NCBI GenBank assembly: GCA_963817895.1
Contig: CAWFQB010000002.1
Location: forward strand, 224,001 to 288,000
Source: an uncultured Chthonomonadaceae bacterium
GTDB taxonomy: Bacteria; Armatimonadota; Chthonomonadetes; Chthonomonadales; Chthonomonadaceae
Length of the DNA stretch: 64,000 nt
Direction: 5' to 3'
The translations under genes were made by a program, and so were the position numbers. The notes below the pieces were generated by a model that saw only the letters and a list, made by a program, of their open reading frames with translations, was not told the origin of the DNA and did not search any database. Shown here in pieces: positions 37,193 through 49,142 of this stretch. The number at the start of each line of letters is the position of its first letter. Within the stretch, counting starts at the first letter, position 1.

Positions 37193-37463
37193 TCGCAGGA
37201 ACAGCGTCAGACAAAATAAGCCGTTTCAATTCAATTCGCCCTCAACCCCTCACCCCTTCTCCCACAAAAGCGTATTTCCAAATCGAAGCCGAAATACGCA
37301 ACATGGGGGAAGGGGAACTGGCGGCGCAAGTTTTGGTTCAATGCCCGTTGAACCGCTTAAAAAGCGCTCACGCCTGAAAACGCGCGCACTTTTTGTCGCT
37401 GCCAATTCTATCGTTGTGGAAATTCCTGTTGAGAAATTCGGCGTTCTAAGGTACTCTATCGTT

Positions 37464-38606
37464 ATGAGTACAATAGCCTCCCCCGCCCGCGTTTTATGCG
37501 TATTTGGAACCCGCCCGGATGCCGTGAAAATGGCTCCCGTCGTGCAGGAATTGCGCCGTTTTCCCGAAACGTTTGCCGTGCAGGTTGTCGTCACGGGACA
37601 GCATCGCGAACAACTGGATCAGGTGCTGCGCATCTTCGAGTTGACGCCCGACCACGACCTTGCCATCATGCAGCACGGGCAAACGCTGACACAGATCACC
37701 ACCCGCGCCTTAATCGGATTGGATGCCTGGCTGACCGAGCATCCCGCCGACATCTGTTTGGCGCAGGGGGATACCACGACCACGTTTGTCGCGTCCCTCG
37801 CCGCCTCCTACCACAAAGTTCCGTTCGGGCATGTGGAGGCGGGCCTGCGCACCCACGAGTTGTACGATCCCTTTCCCGAAGAGATCAACCGGCTGTTGAC
37901 AGGCCGACTGGCCCGCTGGCATTTCGCCCCGACCGAAGACACGCGCCAGAACCTGCTGCGTGAAGGCATTGACCCGGCAAGCCTGTACGTAACCGGGAAT
38001 ACGAGCATTGACGCGCTACGCTCGGTTGCCGCCTGCCCCTACACCTTTGAGGAGCCGGAACTGCGGCAAATCGTGGAGGGGGATAAGCGGCTGATTGTCG
38101 TGACCGCGCATCGGCGCGAAAATTGGGGCGAACCGATGGCGCAAATCGCCCATGCGGTTGCTCAAATCGCGCGGGAACATCCGGATACGGAAACGGTTGT
38201 CGCCATGCACAAAAACCCGATTGTGCGCGACACGCTGCAAGGCATTTTGGGCGATGTGGAGCGCGTTCATCTGGTGGAGCCGCAGGATTATGTTCCGTTC
38301 ATCAAACTGATGCAGCGGGCGACCCTGATTTTGAGCGACAGCGGCGGCGTTCAGGAAGAAGCGCCCGCGCTGGATGTGCCCGTCCTCGTCCTGCGCCACA
38401 CGACCGAACGGCAGGAAGCCGCCAACACGGGCGCGACCCAACTCATCGGAACCGACACGGATGCCATCGTCACTGCGGCCCGCGAACTGCTCACCAATCC
38501 CGCTTCCCACGCGGCAATGGCCCGTTCCCTGAATCCCTACGGTGACGGCAGCGCGGCCCAACAAATTGTTTCTGTCCTGCGGACAGCGGTGGTTGGTGAT
38601 CGGTGA
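37464..38606 (+). CDS. wecB: UDP-N-acetylglucosamine 2-epimerase (non-hydrolysing)
   Basis: VFGTRPDAVKMAP, TGQHRE, QGDT, HVEAGLR, HRREN, DSGGVQEEA, NPYGDG. Confidence 0.95.
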   Translation: MSTIASPARVLCVFGTRPDAVKMAPVVQELRRFPETFAVQVVVTGQHREQLDQVLRIFELTPDHDLAIMQHGQTLTQITTRALIGLDAWLTEHPADICLAQGDTTTTFVASLAASYHKVPFGHVEAGLRTHELYDPFPEEINRLLTGRLARWHFAPTEDTRQNLLREGIDPASLYVTGNTSIDALRSVAACPYTFEEPELRQIVEGDKRLIVVTAHRRENWGEPMAQIAHAVAQIAREHPDTETVVAMHKNPIVRDTLQGILGDVERVHLVEPQDYVPFIKLMQRATLILSDSGGVQEEAPALDVPVLVLRHTTERQEAANTGATQLIGTDTDAIVTAARELLTNPASHAAMARSLNPYGDGSAAQQIVSVLRTAVVGDR

Positions 38607-38710
38607 TTGGTGGCTGGCAAACACCTGAGCGTGGCTTGCAGTCATTGAGCCAAAAGCGCACAACCAACAAACGCCAATCACCAATCACCGGTCACCAACC
38701 ACCAACCACC
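38591..38710. repeat. Heptamer tandem repeats in inverted arrangement (ggtgatt / aatcacc type)
   Basis: ggttggtgatcggtgattggtg ... accaatcaccggtcaccaaccaccaacc. Confidence 0.6.
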
Positions 38711-38711
38711 T

Positions 38712-40456
38712 ATGAAAAGACACACCTCCAAACGCTGGAAAATGCTTCCCAGCGACATACAGGCCGAAGCGCGGCTGCAAATCGAACTGGGCGTTCATCC
38801 TATCCTTGCGCGCCTGCTCGTGCAGCGGGGATTGGACACGCCGGAAGCGGCGGAACGCTTTCTCAATCCCTCGCTCGACCGCCTGCACGATCCGTTTTTG
38901 CTGCCGGACGCGGAAAAGGCTTGCGAACGCCTGAAACAAGCCCTTGCCAACAAAGAAAAAATCCGGGTGCATGGCGATTACGATGGGGATGGCGTCACTT
39001 CCGCCGCGCTGTGGACGCGGGTTTTGCGCAGTCTGGGCGCGGACGTGGACGTGTTTGTGCCGCACCGCAAGCGCGACGGCTATGATATGCGCAAGAGGCT
39101 TTATCGAACAGGCCAAAGCGGACGGCGTCGGCTTATCGTCACGACGGACTGCGGCATTCAGCGCATGGAGGAGGTGGAACACGCGCGGGAAGCGGGCATG
39201 GACGTGATTATCACAGATCACCACACGCCCAACACGAGCGGCGAGCTGCCCCGCGCCGTTGCCGTCGTCAATCCGCACCGCAAGGATTCCAAATACCCGT
39301 TTCCCAATATCGCGGGCGTGGGCGTGGCGTTTAAGATGGGCGAGGCCCTGACGCGCTATCTGGGCCACAGCCCACAACGGCTACCGCAAAGCGTTTCTCG
39401 ACCTGACCGCGATTGGCACGATTACGGACGTGATGCCGCTCATGGACGAGAACCGCATCATCGTCAAGTACGGTCTGGAAGCCCTGCAAAACACCAAAAA
39501 GCCCGGACTTCGCGCCCTCATTGACGTGTGCGGCTACAAGGACAAGGAACTGGATGCCCGCGCCGTCAGTCACGGCATGGGGCCGCGCCTGAACGCCGCC
39601 AGCCGCATAGATGAAACCCGCGTCGCGCTGGATTTGCTGATGACCAAAGACGCGCAGGAGGGCGAACGACTGGCGCAAAAACTAAACGAGTACAATTTGC
39701 AGCGCCGGGACGAGCAGTCGCGCGTTTTCGAGGAGGCGATGGAGCAGGTTGTGCGGCAGGACATGGCCGAAGTCGAAGTGCCTGGTGATTTCGGGGCATG
39801 GCTGGACGGGCGGCATTGTCGGGCTGGTGGCAAGCAAGATGATGGAGCGGTTCAATCGTCCGTGCGTGGTGATTTCGATGGACGAGGCGACGGGCATGGG
39901 CCGGGGTTCCGCCCGCAGCATCCGCGCGTTCAACATTTTCAAGGCCATAGACGCCTGCAAGGATTTGCTGGACGAGTACGGCGGACATGAGTTCGCGGCG
40001 GGGTTGGGCATCCGGCAGGAGAATGTCGAGGACTTCACCGCGCAGATGAATCGCCTGGCCGGTTCCCTGCTTTCGGACGAGGATTTGCTGCCCACGCTGG
40101 ATGTCGCGGTGGAGGTGGCTCCCGGCGAAGTGTGCCCGCAATTGCTGGATCAGATGCAGACGCTTGCCCCCTTCGGCAGCGCGAACCACGAGCCGCTGTT
40201 TGTCAGCCGGGGCGTTCCGATTGTGGAAGTGAATCGCATGGGCGCGGAAAAGCAGCATTTGCGCCTGACCCTGCGCGCGGACGGCCTGAACGGGCGCGAC
40301 AGCGTGCAGTGTCCCTGGTTCTCGCGGGGCGAACTGGCGGACGGCTTAGACATCGGCCAAACCCTCGACGTGTGCTACAAGCCCCAATTCAACGTCTGGA
40401 ACGGCAGGCGCAGCATCCAATTCATGATCGAAGACATTCAGCCCCCGGAATGGTAA
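38712..40456 (+). CDS. recJ: ssDNA exonuclease RecJ (several frameshifts, probably sequencing errors)
   Basis: GDYDGDG, TDCG, IITDHH, GPRLNAA, GRGSARS, YGGH.AAG, APFG..N.EP spread over three ORFs. Confidence 0.9.
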
Positions 40457-40552
40457 AATATTTTTTCGTGCGGCTTTCCGGTTTGTTTGATTCTGTGGAG
40501 TCAATCAGTGCGAGGTAACAATACCTGCTTGATTCACTCACAAGGAGCAAAC

Positions 40553-41146
40553 ATGAAACAGATTCCCTTATCCAAACGCGGAAAGAACGCGGGGCTTTAC
40601 TTCGCAGAGTTTGAAGAGAAAAAGGTTGGAGAAAACTTGTTCAACCTGTTGAATGCAAGTAACTGGAACGCAACCGCTCGCGGAACAAATAGCAAAGTCT
40701 TCTACGCCAGAAGGACGGTAGGCGGTAAAGATGTATACATGCACCGTTTTATTTGGGAGTATCTCTACGGCCCTATTCCTGATGGATACGACGTTGATCA
40801 CAAGGACAAAAACGGTTTGAACAACACTCCAACGAATTTGCGTCTTGCGCCCCATGATAGGAATTGTCTAAATCGCAGACCATGCCAAACTAAGAGGGAG
40901 CAATCTAGCAGATACAAGGGCGTATCAAGAAGAGGCAACAGATGGATTGCTCGTCTACAAGGGAAGCCTTTAGGCTCTCCGTATGACTCGGAGAAAGACG
41001 CCGCCCGCGCTTATGATAGAGCAGCCTTCGCGCTCGATCCTGAATTTGCCGTTCTAAACTTTCCTGATGAATGGCCCACTTCAAGTCAGCCCAACATCAC
41101 GCAGCGAACAACTCCGATAAGGGCGCAGTTAAAATTTGATTTGTAG
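40553..41146 (+). CDS. HNH endonuclease with AP2 domain
   Basis: YMHRFI..DVDHKDKNGLNN..NLR; SRYKGV..W.ARL..G..EKDAARAYDRAA..A.LNF. Confidence 0.88.
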   Translation: MKQIPLSKRGKNAGLYFAEFEEKKVGENLFNLLNASNWNATARGTNSKVFYARRTVGGKDVYMHRFIWEYLYGPIPDGYDVDHKDKNGLNNTPTNLRLAPHDRNCLNRRPCQTKREQSSRYKGVSRRGNRWIARLQGKPLGSPYDSEKDAARAYDRAAFALDPEFAVLNFPDEWPTSSQPNITQRTTPIRAQLKFDL

Positions 41147-41209
41147 TGCCAGTGGTTGAAAGCCCGCTTGCCGAGTGCCGAGTATTGAAAATACCCGGCA
41201 GGAAAGTGC

Positions 41210-41267
41210 AAGCGTCCTACGGACGCAAACCTTTGTACAACAGTGCATCGCGTCCGTAGGACGCTTG
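41210..41267. repeat. REP-like palindromic element
   Basis: aagcgtcctacggacgc ... gcgtccgtaggacgctt. Confidence 0.65.
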
Positions 41268-41323
41268 GCGGAACGCCACCGAGACAAGCGTTTTCAACGC
41301 CTGTCTCAAAGGAAGATTATGCT

Positions 41324-41512
41324 ATGGCAATTACGCCGACACCGGAACAGGAAGACCCTTTGCCGTTCGATGAGTTGCGGCGCGAATTGGACTATGGCAT
41401 GGAAGCGTTTGAGCAGGGGCGGGTACAGCGTTTCGATGACGCCGGGTTGACGGCGCACTTCGAGCAGATTAAAGCCGAAGGACGCAAACGTTTGAAGCAA
41501 CGTCAGAAGTAG
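41324..41512 (+). CDS. Short ParD-like antitoxin fragment
   Basis: MAITPTPEQE..ELRRELDYG.E..EQG..F..IKAEGRKRL; lacks the central RHH part. Confidence 0.45.
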   Translation: MAITPTPEQEDPLPFDELRRELDYGMEAFEQGRVQRFDDAGLTAHFEQIKAEGRKRLKQRQK

Positions 41513-41542
41513 GCAGAAGAGTCTGATGGTTTATGCGGGAAC

Positions 41543-42037
41543 GTGTTCTCGCAACCAAAAGCGGGGCACAAGGATACGGATATGGCTGAAAAAGCGAATA
41601 CACAACAATCGTTTTTACCTATTCTGCCTGTACATACGTCAGGCGCTACATCAATTCTCGAATCGGCAGTGCAGGTTGGACCTAGGATTGACAGCGCAGT
41701 TTTGCCATTGCTGAATTGCCACAAAGCGCTTGTAGATCACCTGATAGATTTGCTCACACAGGAGCGGATACATTCCAACATCCCGCTGGAACAGCTTGAA
41801 ATCAAATCGTACATAGATGCGGAAACAGGACGGCAACTTATTCACATCCAGCAAACGGTGGCGACAGACGCGCAAACGGCTCTGGATTATTGGGATAGAC
41901 TCAGTGTTCCCGTTGAACAGTGGGTTGCAACTTTGCCACAACCGCTGGCAGATGCTGTACATGATGAGATATTTATGACTATTCATGGAAACCCGATGTT
42001 TCATGTCACTGATAGCATAGCGCCCAATTCTAATTGA
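41543..42037 (+). CDS. Hypothetical protein
   Basis: 164-aa ORF. Confidence 0.5.
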   Translation: MFSQPKAGHKDTDMAEKANTQQSFLPILPVHTSGATSILESAVQVGPRIDSAVLPLLNCHKALVDHLIDLLTQERIHSNIPLEQLEIKSYIDAETGRQLIHIQQTVATDAQTALDYWDRLSVPVEQWVATLPQPLADAVHDEIFMTIHGNPMFHVTDSIAPNSN

Positions 42038-42064
42038 AGACATATAGCCACCGGAGTATAAGCC

Positions 42065-42913
42065 ATGCGCCTTAAACTGCTGACAAAAGAAGAACGCAAA
42101 GCGAATGAGCAGTTTAATAAGGTAGTTGCGCGGCTCAACAGCAAACAGGAAGCGGAACGTCTCGCGGCGGCAACAGAACTGCGCGAACAATGGCCGGACA
42201 GCATCCAACGCCTGCTCATAAGCTATCAGGCGATGACAAATCTCTGGAAAAAGCGATGGCGAGGAGTGGCGTACAGCCTTCTATGGCTAATCGCAGGTAA
42301 CATTATCGCAGGCTACTTTATTCTTCATGCGGGATACAAGACGATATTCCCTATTATACAGGTGTTTTGGTGGCCGCTTTTCCTGTCGGTATTCTTCACT
42401 CTCCATGGGCCAAAAATACGCGGTTTTTATGCGCGAAACTTGCTGATTTTTGATGATGTTAAGATTGTCGGGCCGCTGGTGGACGCGCTTGCTTTTGGGG
42501 ATGAAGTCACGCAACAGGATGCGCGAAAGGCGTTAGTCAGGCTGCTGCCGCGTTTGCAGGCGAGTGACGCGAATCTGCTTGACGGAAAACAGCGCGAACA
42601 ATTGCGGCAGATGTTGTTTACCGACTACACAGAATTGAATGTGTCCATATTGAAAGCGTATGAGCATGTCGGCGATGGTCCGGAACTGGAAGCCGTCGAG
42701 CGCCTGCTGCAAAACGCGATCTGGCATGTGGAGGCTCGGGACGCGGCGGAAGCGTGTTTGCCGTTCCTGCAATGGCGGGCGCGGCAGATGCAAAGCAGCC
42801 AGACCCTGTTACGCGCTTCCCAACATACGACAACGCCCGAAATTCTGCTGCGCCCGGCTGGCAACTCGCAAACTGAAGATGAAACACAGTTGTTGCGAAT
42901 GTCCGGCAAGTAA
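42065..42913 (+). CDS. Membrane protein with HEAT-like repeats
   Basis: Two TM segments, VGPLVDAL..ALVRLLPRL, C-terminal LLRAS..LLRP..LLR. Confidence 0.7.
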   Translation: MRLKLLTKEERKANEQFNKVVARLNSKQEAERLAAATELREQWPDSIQRLLISYQAMTNLWKKRWRGVAYSLLWLIAGNIIAGYFILHAGYKTIFPIIQVFWWPLFLSVFFTLHGPKIRGFYARNLLIFDDVKIVGPLVDALAFGDEVTQQDARKALVRLLPRLQASDANLLDGKQREQLRQMLFTDYTELNVSILKAYEHVGDGPELEAVERLLQNAIWHVEARDAAEACLPFLQWRARQMQSSQTLLRASQHTTTPEILLRPAGNSQTEDETQLLRMSGK

Positions 42914-42929
42914 GTTCGTAGAGTATGAC

Positions 42930-43892
42930 ATGACCACACAAAACAAGCCCATCGGCATCTATTACGAACACCCGGACTGGTTCCGCCCGCTGTTTACCGA
43001 ACTCGACCGGCGCGGCATCTGCCCTACGCAAAACTTGACGCCCGCCGCCACTGGTATGATCCGGCTTCACGGGATGAGGCGCAGACATATTCGCTTGTGT
43101 TCAACCGCATGAGTCCCTCCGCGTACCTGCGCGACGGCGGCAACAGCCTGTTTTACACGCTCGGCTGGCTGGCGCATCTGGAACGGCAGGGGATTCGGGT
43201 TATCAATGGCGTTCAGGCGTTTACTTATGAAACCAGCAAGGCGCTGCAACTGCAACTGCTGGACTCGCTCGGATTGGCCTATCCCGCCGCGCATGTTATC
43301 AATCACGGCAGCCTCGCGCCCCTTGCCGCAGAGGGTTTGCGCTTTCCCGTCGTGGTCAAAGCCAATATCGGCGGCAGCGGCGCGGGCATCGTCCGCTACG
43401 ACAGCATGGAACAATTGAAACACGCGGCGGCAAACAACGAAATTGATTTGGGCATAGACTCGACCGCGCTGGTGCAGGAGTACATTCCAGCGCGAGGCGG
43501 GCATATCACGCGGCTGGAAACACTGGGCGGCAAATTTCTGTATGCCATCAACGTGTACACGTCCGGCGACAGTTTCAATCTATGCCCCGCCGACATTTGC
43601 CAGACGCAGTCCGGCGTCGCGCTCGACCCGCATGGCCTGCCCCGCCGACGCGCCCAAAACCGGCCTGACCGTAGAAGCCGCCAACCCGGACCCTGCAACC
43701 ATTGCGGCGGTAGAGCAGATCATGCAGGCCGCGAAAATAGACGTAGGCGGCATCGAAGTAATGGTAGATGACCGCGACGGGCGACTGGTCTACTACGACA
43801 TCAACGCCCTGTCCAACTTCGTCGCCGACGCCCGCCGCGTCATCGGCTTCGACCCGCACGAGCGGCTGGTAGATTTTTTAGAAGGAAGGTAG
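42930..43892 (+). CDS. ATP-grasp (RimK/GshB-like) protein, frameshifted
   Basis: IYYEHPDWF, FPVVVKANIGGSG, LVQEYIP, GGIE..YYDINALSNF. Confidence 0.75.
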
Positions 43893-44000
43893 ATAGGTAG
43901 AATACATCGTCATGCGAGCATGCTTGCTAATTCGCCGATAAAGAGCACGTATTGCCTACCTATCTACTCATCTACTCATCTACTTCCGAAGGGATTTTCA

Positions 44001-45106
44001 ATGCGTTACGGATACTGGCTGCCCATATTCGGCGGCTGGCTGCGCAATGTGGAACAGGAAAACATGGCGGCGACATGGGAGTATGCGTCCCGCGTCGCCA
44101 TTCGCGCCGAAGAGATCGGCTTTGACCTGACCCTCGTAGCCGAACTGAATTTGAACGACATCAAGGGCGCGAACGCGCCCTCGCTGGATGCGTGGTCAAC
44201 GGCTGCGGCGCTGGCGGCAGTCACCAAAACGCAGGAGATCATGGTTGCCGTCCGGCCCACGTTCCACTCGCCCGCCCTGCTCGCCAAGCAAGCCGCCAAC
44301 ATTGACCATATCAGCAATGGTCGGCTGTCGCTCAACGTCGTCAGTTCGTGGTGGGCGGATGAAGCCAAAAAGTACGGCGTCCACTTCGAGCAGCACGACG
44401 ACCGCTACGCCCGCACCGAAGAATGGCTCACCGTCCTCAATGGCGTTTGGCAGCAGGACCACTTCTCCCACGAAGGCCGCTATTACCGCGTGGAGGATAA
44501 TATTTTGCAGCCGAAACCGGTAGGAAGAAAAGGAGAAGAGGAGAAAAGGAGAAAAGGAGAAGAGGAGAGAGAAGCAACGGCTTCATCCTTCATCCTTCAT
44601 CCTTCATCCTTTTCCCGTCCTCTCCTCTACGCCGGTGGCGAGTCGGAGGCGGCGAAGAATCTGATTGCGCGGACGTGTGACGGGTATGTGATGCACGGCG
44701 ACCCACCCGAAAAAATCGGGGAACGCATACGGGATATGAACGCGCGGCGGGAACGAGTTTGGATTGGAACCGATGCTGTACGGCGTGGCGGGGTACAGCA
44801 TTGTGCGCGACACGGAAGCGGAAGCGCAGGCGGAAAAAGCGCGGATAACCGATGTAAACAGTTCGGCGGCGGGTTACGCCAACTATCAGCAATGGCTGGC
44901 AGGCACGAAGTTGGAACAGCAGGTTTCGCTGGAGGATTATTCGGTCAGCAATCGCGGGCTGCGTTCCGGGTTGGTGGGAACGCCCAGCGCAGGTGAAGGC
45001 GCAAATCGCCGCCTTTGAAGCGCAGGGCGTGGATTTCCTGCTCCTGCAATGCAGCCCGCAGTTGGAGGAAATGGAACGTTTCGCCGCGTCTATCATTCAG
45101 GCGTAA
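44001..45106 (+). CDS. LLM-class flavin-dependent monooxygenase (SsuD-like), frameshifted
   Basis: GYWLPIFGGW, AEEIGFD, AKQAANIDHISNGRLSLNVV, YAGGES, GLVGTP. Confidence 0.85.
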
Positions 45107-45109
45107 TTA

Positions 45110-45214
45110 TTCACCACCAAGACGCCAAGAACACCAAGAAGAACGAGAAGAACGACGTTGTGCCTCTTGGAATTGTTTTTTATCTCTTGGTGTTCTTGGC
45201 GTCTTGGTGGTGAA
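45110..45214. repeat. 30-bp inverted repeat built of 9-mer units, between convergent genes
   Basis: ttcaccaccaagacgccaagaacaccaaga / tcttggtgttcttggcgtcttggtggtgaa. Confidence 0.85.
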
Positions 45215-45218
45215 AGAT

Positions 45219-46259
45219 TTATTCTACCCGCAGCGTGATGTTCCCGCCGACCTGATCGAAATAGGGGTTTATGCCGTCTTCCGCAAGTAGCAGATGCGAG
45301 TCTAAATCGAGATAGTCAAACGCGCCTGTGCCACAGGCGACCGCAAGCGAAATGGCGATACTACGTCGGGTTTCCAACATGCAGCCGAGCATCAGTTTTT
45401 TGCCTGCCGCTTTGCCGATAGCGATAATGTCTAAAACCTCGCCGATGCCGCTTTTGTTGATCTTCAAGTTGTAGCCCTGTATGGGAGTTTGCGCCATGCG
45501 CAGGGCGTCGGCAGTGGTTCGGCAACTTTCGTCCGCGAAAACCGGAACTGGACTGCGCTGCGCCACATAAATCATGCCATCAATGTCCTCTTTGGCGACC
45601 GGCTGTTCCAGCAGTTCCACGTTCGCGCCTTCCGAAACCACGCGCTCAATAAATGCAACCGCCTGTTCCGGCGTAAAGGCTTGATTGGCGTCAATGCGCA
45701 AACGCGCTTCGGGCGCGGCCTGCCGCACCGCCTGAACGCGGGCATGGTCTTCCTCCACGTCCTTTGCGCCCACCTTGATTTTGAACACGTTGATGCCCAA
45801 TCCCCACGCAATTTCGGTCAATTCCTGCGCGTTGGGCAGAATGGGAATGGTCACGTCCGACTCAACGCTTTCTGTCGCGCCGCCAAGCAGTTTCCATAAA
45901 TGGCTGCCCGTTGCCTGTTCCCACGCCACGAAAACCGCCATTTCCAGCCCGCACCGCGCGCTCGGCGCGTCGGGAGCCTGTTCCGCAATCAGGGTTAATG
46001 CCTGCCGCCACCGCGTCACATCCACGCCCACCAATGCCGCGCCTGCCCTTTGTATGGTTTCCATTACCATTTCGCACGTTTCGCCCGTTACGTATTTGAC
46101 AGGAACCAATTCGCCCCTTGCTGTCCGTCCGTCTTCCAGTGTCAACAGCGCGGCCACGCCCAACGCTTCGTTTGCCACGCCCTGCGACGTGACAAACGGG
46201 TTGTGAAGCTGCGTGTGAAACAGTTCGGCGGTTACAGAAGCAATTCGTGGTATGGTCAT
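45219..46259 (-). CDS. L-Ala-D/L-Glu dipeptide epimerase (enolase superfamily)
   Basis: FKIKVG, IDANQ, EQP, ADES, NLKINKSG, GCMLE, DLD. Confidence 0.9.
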   Translation of the reverse strand: MTIPRIASVTAELFHTQLHNPFVTSQGVANEALGVAALLTLEDGRTARGELVPVKYVTGETCEMVMETIQRAGAALVGVDVTRWRQALTLIAEQAPDAPSARCGLEMAVFVAWEQATGSHLWKLLGGATESVESDVTIPILPNAQELTEIAWGLGINVFKIKVGAKDVEEDHARVQAVRQAAPEARLRIDANQAFTPEQAVAFIERVVSEGANVELLEQPVAKEDIDGMIYVAQRSPVPVFADESCRTTADALRMAQTPIQGYNLKINKSGIGEVLDIIAIGKAAGKKLMLGCMLETRRSIAISLAVACGTGAFDYLDLDSHLLLAEDGINPYFDQVGGNITLRVE

Positions 46260-46312
46260 AGAAGTCTCTAAAAACATTTACTTATCATGTATGCGCCGTG
46301 AGTTGAAACTCG

Positions 46313-46409
46313 CGGCTGTGGTAACGAAGTCCGCCTGCGCGGACTCAATGCGGTACAACTCGCCGTCTTACGGTGTAGTCCGCGCAGGCGGACTTCGTTA
46401 CCACAGCCG
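46313..46409. repeat. REP-like element with 33-bp perfect inverted arms
   Basis: cggctgtggtaacgaagtccgcctgcgcggact / agtccgcgcaggcggacttcgttaccacagccg. Confidence 0.9.
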
Positions 46410-46457
46410 AGGAATTTGTTCCCCGGACATCGGTTTCGGTCACCACGCCGCTTTTCT

Positions 46458-48988
46458 TCATTCCTCAGTAGCAGCAACAACAGCCACTTTTTTACGGGTG
46501 ACAGCCGCCGCTTTCACAGGCGTCTTCGTTGCGGTCGTCTTTGCGGCAGTTGCCTTTGCGGTAGTGGTTTTCAACGCCGTAGTTTTGGCAGCCGTCGTCT
46601 TTGTCGCTGTAGTTTTCGCCGCTGCTGTCTTCGTTGCCGTTGACTTTACGGCAGATGTTTTGGTTGTGGCGCGTTTCGGTTTAGCGCTGTCGTCTGCCGC
46701 GCCGTTCGCCGCTGTTTTTGTTGCGCGGACGGTTTTGGCAGTGGCTTTCGTGGCGGTTTTCTTCGCGCCCTTTTTACCCGCGTTCTCGTCGTAGGTGCAG
46801 TTGAATTGCTGATTGTCCTGTAAACTGCCGTCGGGCTTCACTTTCAGCATCGTGCGGCACTTTGGGTAGGAACTGCACCCTAGAAATGTTCCGAAACGCC
46901 CCTGCCGCGAAAGCATCACGCCCAGATGCTGCGGGCAGACATGCTCGGTCGCGTTGGGCAGGGTGGCCGGGTCTACCGCCGTCTTTTCCCCGCCGCTGAC
47001 CAGCCCGCAAAGGAAGTTCGCGCCCTCTGCCGGTTTGCCCTCCGCGTCCAGTTTCAGAATTTTCTTACACTCCGGGTAGCCGCTGCACCCCATGAACTCG
47101 CCGAAGCGCCCCATGCGCAGCAGCATCACTTTACCCGTGTCCGGGCAGTGGTACTCGGTTTCAACCGGCTGCGGCTTGAGGTTTTCCATCTCCTCTTTGG
47201 CTGCTTCAACCGTGAGGGCGAACGGATCGTAGAAGTTGCGCAGCAGGCTGACCCAATTCACGCTGCCCTCTTCCACCTCATCCAGCTTGGTTTCCATATC
47301 CGCCGTGAACGCCACATCCATAATCGTCGGGAAATGCTTGACCAATTGATCGGTCACTTTGAAGCCCAATTCCGTCGGATAAAACCGCTTATCGGTCAGT
47401 TCCACGTACTTGCGATCCCGAATTACGGAAATGATGCTGGCATACGTGCTGGGCCGTCCGATGCCGCGCTCTTCCAGCCCCTTGACAATGGTGGCTTCCG
47501 TGTAGCGGGGCGGCGGTTCGGTAAAGTGCTGGCGCGGGTCCAGGCGGTTCAGATCGAGCGACTGCCCCGTAGACAGCGGCGGCAGGGGCGGCTGCTCCTC
47601 ATCCCCGGTCTCTTCCGTATCCTTGCCTTCGGTATACACCCGCATAAACCCGTCGAACTTGACGACTGTTCCCGTCGCCCGGAAGACGTAGGGCTGAGTG
47701 GATGCGGAACTGTCTTCACCCTTCCGTGACGCGTTGATATCCGCCGTGGTTACGTCCATGATAGCGGGGTTCATCTGGCTGGCGACGAAACGTTGCCAGA
47801 TGAGGCGATACAGGCGCAGTTGTTCACTGGACAGGGAGTTGGCGATGGCTTCCGGCTCGAATTCTACATGCGTGGGGCGAATGGCTTCGTGGGCGTCCTG
47901 CGCGGCGTTCTTGGATTTGAACTGCTTGCCGGCTGCGGGAACATAGGCGGGGCCGTACTTTTCTAAAATAAACTGGCGGGCGGCGGCCTGCGCTTCGCCC
48001 GGCCACGCGCACGGAGTCGGTACGCATGTAGGTAATCAGGCCCACGCTGCCCTGTCCCGCGATTTCGATGCCCTCGTACAACTGCTGCGCGACGGACATG
48101 GTGCGCTTGTTGCCGAACCCAGTTTGCGCGAAGCCTCTTGTTGTAGCGTACTGGTAATAAACGGCGCGGCGGCGTTGCGCTTCTGCTCCCGCCGTTTCAC
48201 GTCGCCAACCGTGAAGTTGGGGCGTTGCGCCGGGGGAACTTCCGCCTGAAACGTGTCGCCTTCGCCCTCTTTCACGTCCGGCAAACCGAGTTCGCGCAAT
48301 ACGGCGTTGATCTCATCCTGCGTTTTGGGTTCGACGCGCTGCCCGCCCCGGCTGTGCAGTTTCGCCGGAAACAGAAATTTCTTTTCGGGGAGTTGTGGCG
48401 ATCAGAATGGCCGTTAACGACCAGTATTCTTCGGGTTTGAACGCCTGTATTTCGCGTTCCCGGTCACAGATCAGCCGCACGGCAACCGACTGCACACGCC
48501 CCGCCGACAATCCTTTTTGAATCTTTTTGGACAGCACGGGCGAAAGTTTGTACCCGATAAGCCGATCCAACACGCGCCGCGCCTGCTGCGCATTAACCCG
48601 ATCCATATTGACGGTACGCGGATTTGCAAGCGCCTGCTGTACCGCAGTTTTCGTGATCTCGTTGAACTGAATACGACGGGCGTCCTTGAGCTTCAGGGCT
48701 TCGGCCAGATGCCACGCAATCGCTTCGCCTTCGCGGTCAGGGTCAGAAGCGAGATACACGATTTTCACGCGCTTCGCGGCATTGGCAAGCCGTTCCAGCA
48801 CGTCGCCCCGGTCGGGAAGGGGCTGATAGGTGGGCGCGAAATCTTTGTTGACATCCACGCCGAGCCGCGACGCGGGCAGGTCGCGCACATGTCCCATGCT
48901 GGCTTCCACCAGATAGTCGTCGCCCAAGAAAGTTTTTCAGCGTTTTGGTTTTCGCGGGAGATTCAACAATGATTAGCGCTTTCGCCAT
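46458..48988 (-). CDS. topA: DNA topoisomerase I (several frameshifts, probably sequencing errors)
   Basis: [46 protein letters not shown], zinc ribbons, K/A/T-rich tail. Confidence 0.93.
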
Positions 48989-49003
48989 GCGGGTAGTACC
49001 TTT

Positions 49004-49128
49004 AGGAAGGGAAGAGGGAAGAGGGAAAAGGGAAAAGAGAACTCATGTATTGTGTGATTATCCAGTTTAAAGCAAGCAATTATCAAGAAGCGCATTACTT
49101 TTCCCTTTTCCCTTTTCCCTCTTCCCTG
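49004..49128. repeat. Inverted heptamer tracts (agggaaa / tttccct)
   Basis: ggaagggaagagggaagagggaaaagggaaaag ... cttttcccttttcccttttccctcttccct. Confidence 0.7.
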
Positions 49129-49142
49129 TATTTTCTTGTATG

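Noticed and set aside
46458..46790. K/A/T-rich repeats as a separate histone-like gene
   Set aside because: In frame with topA; basic tails are common on TopA.
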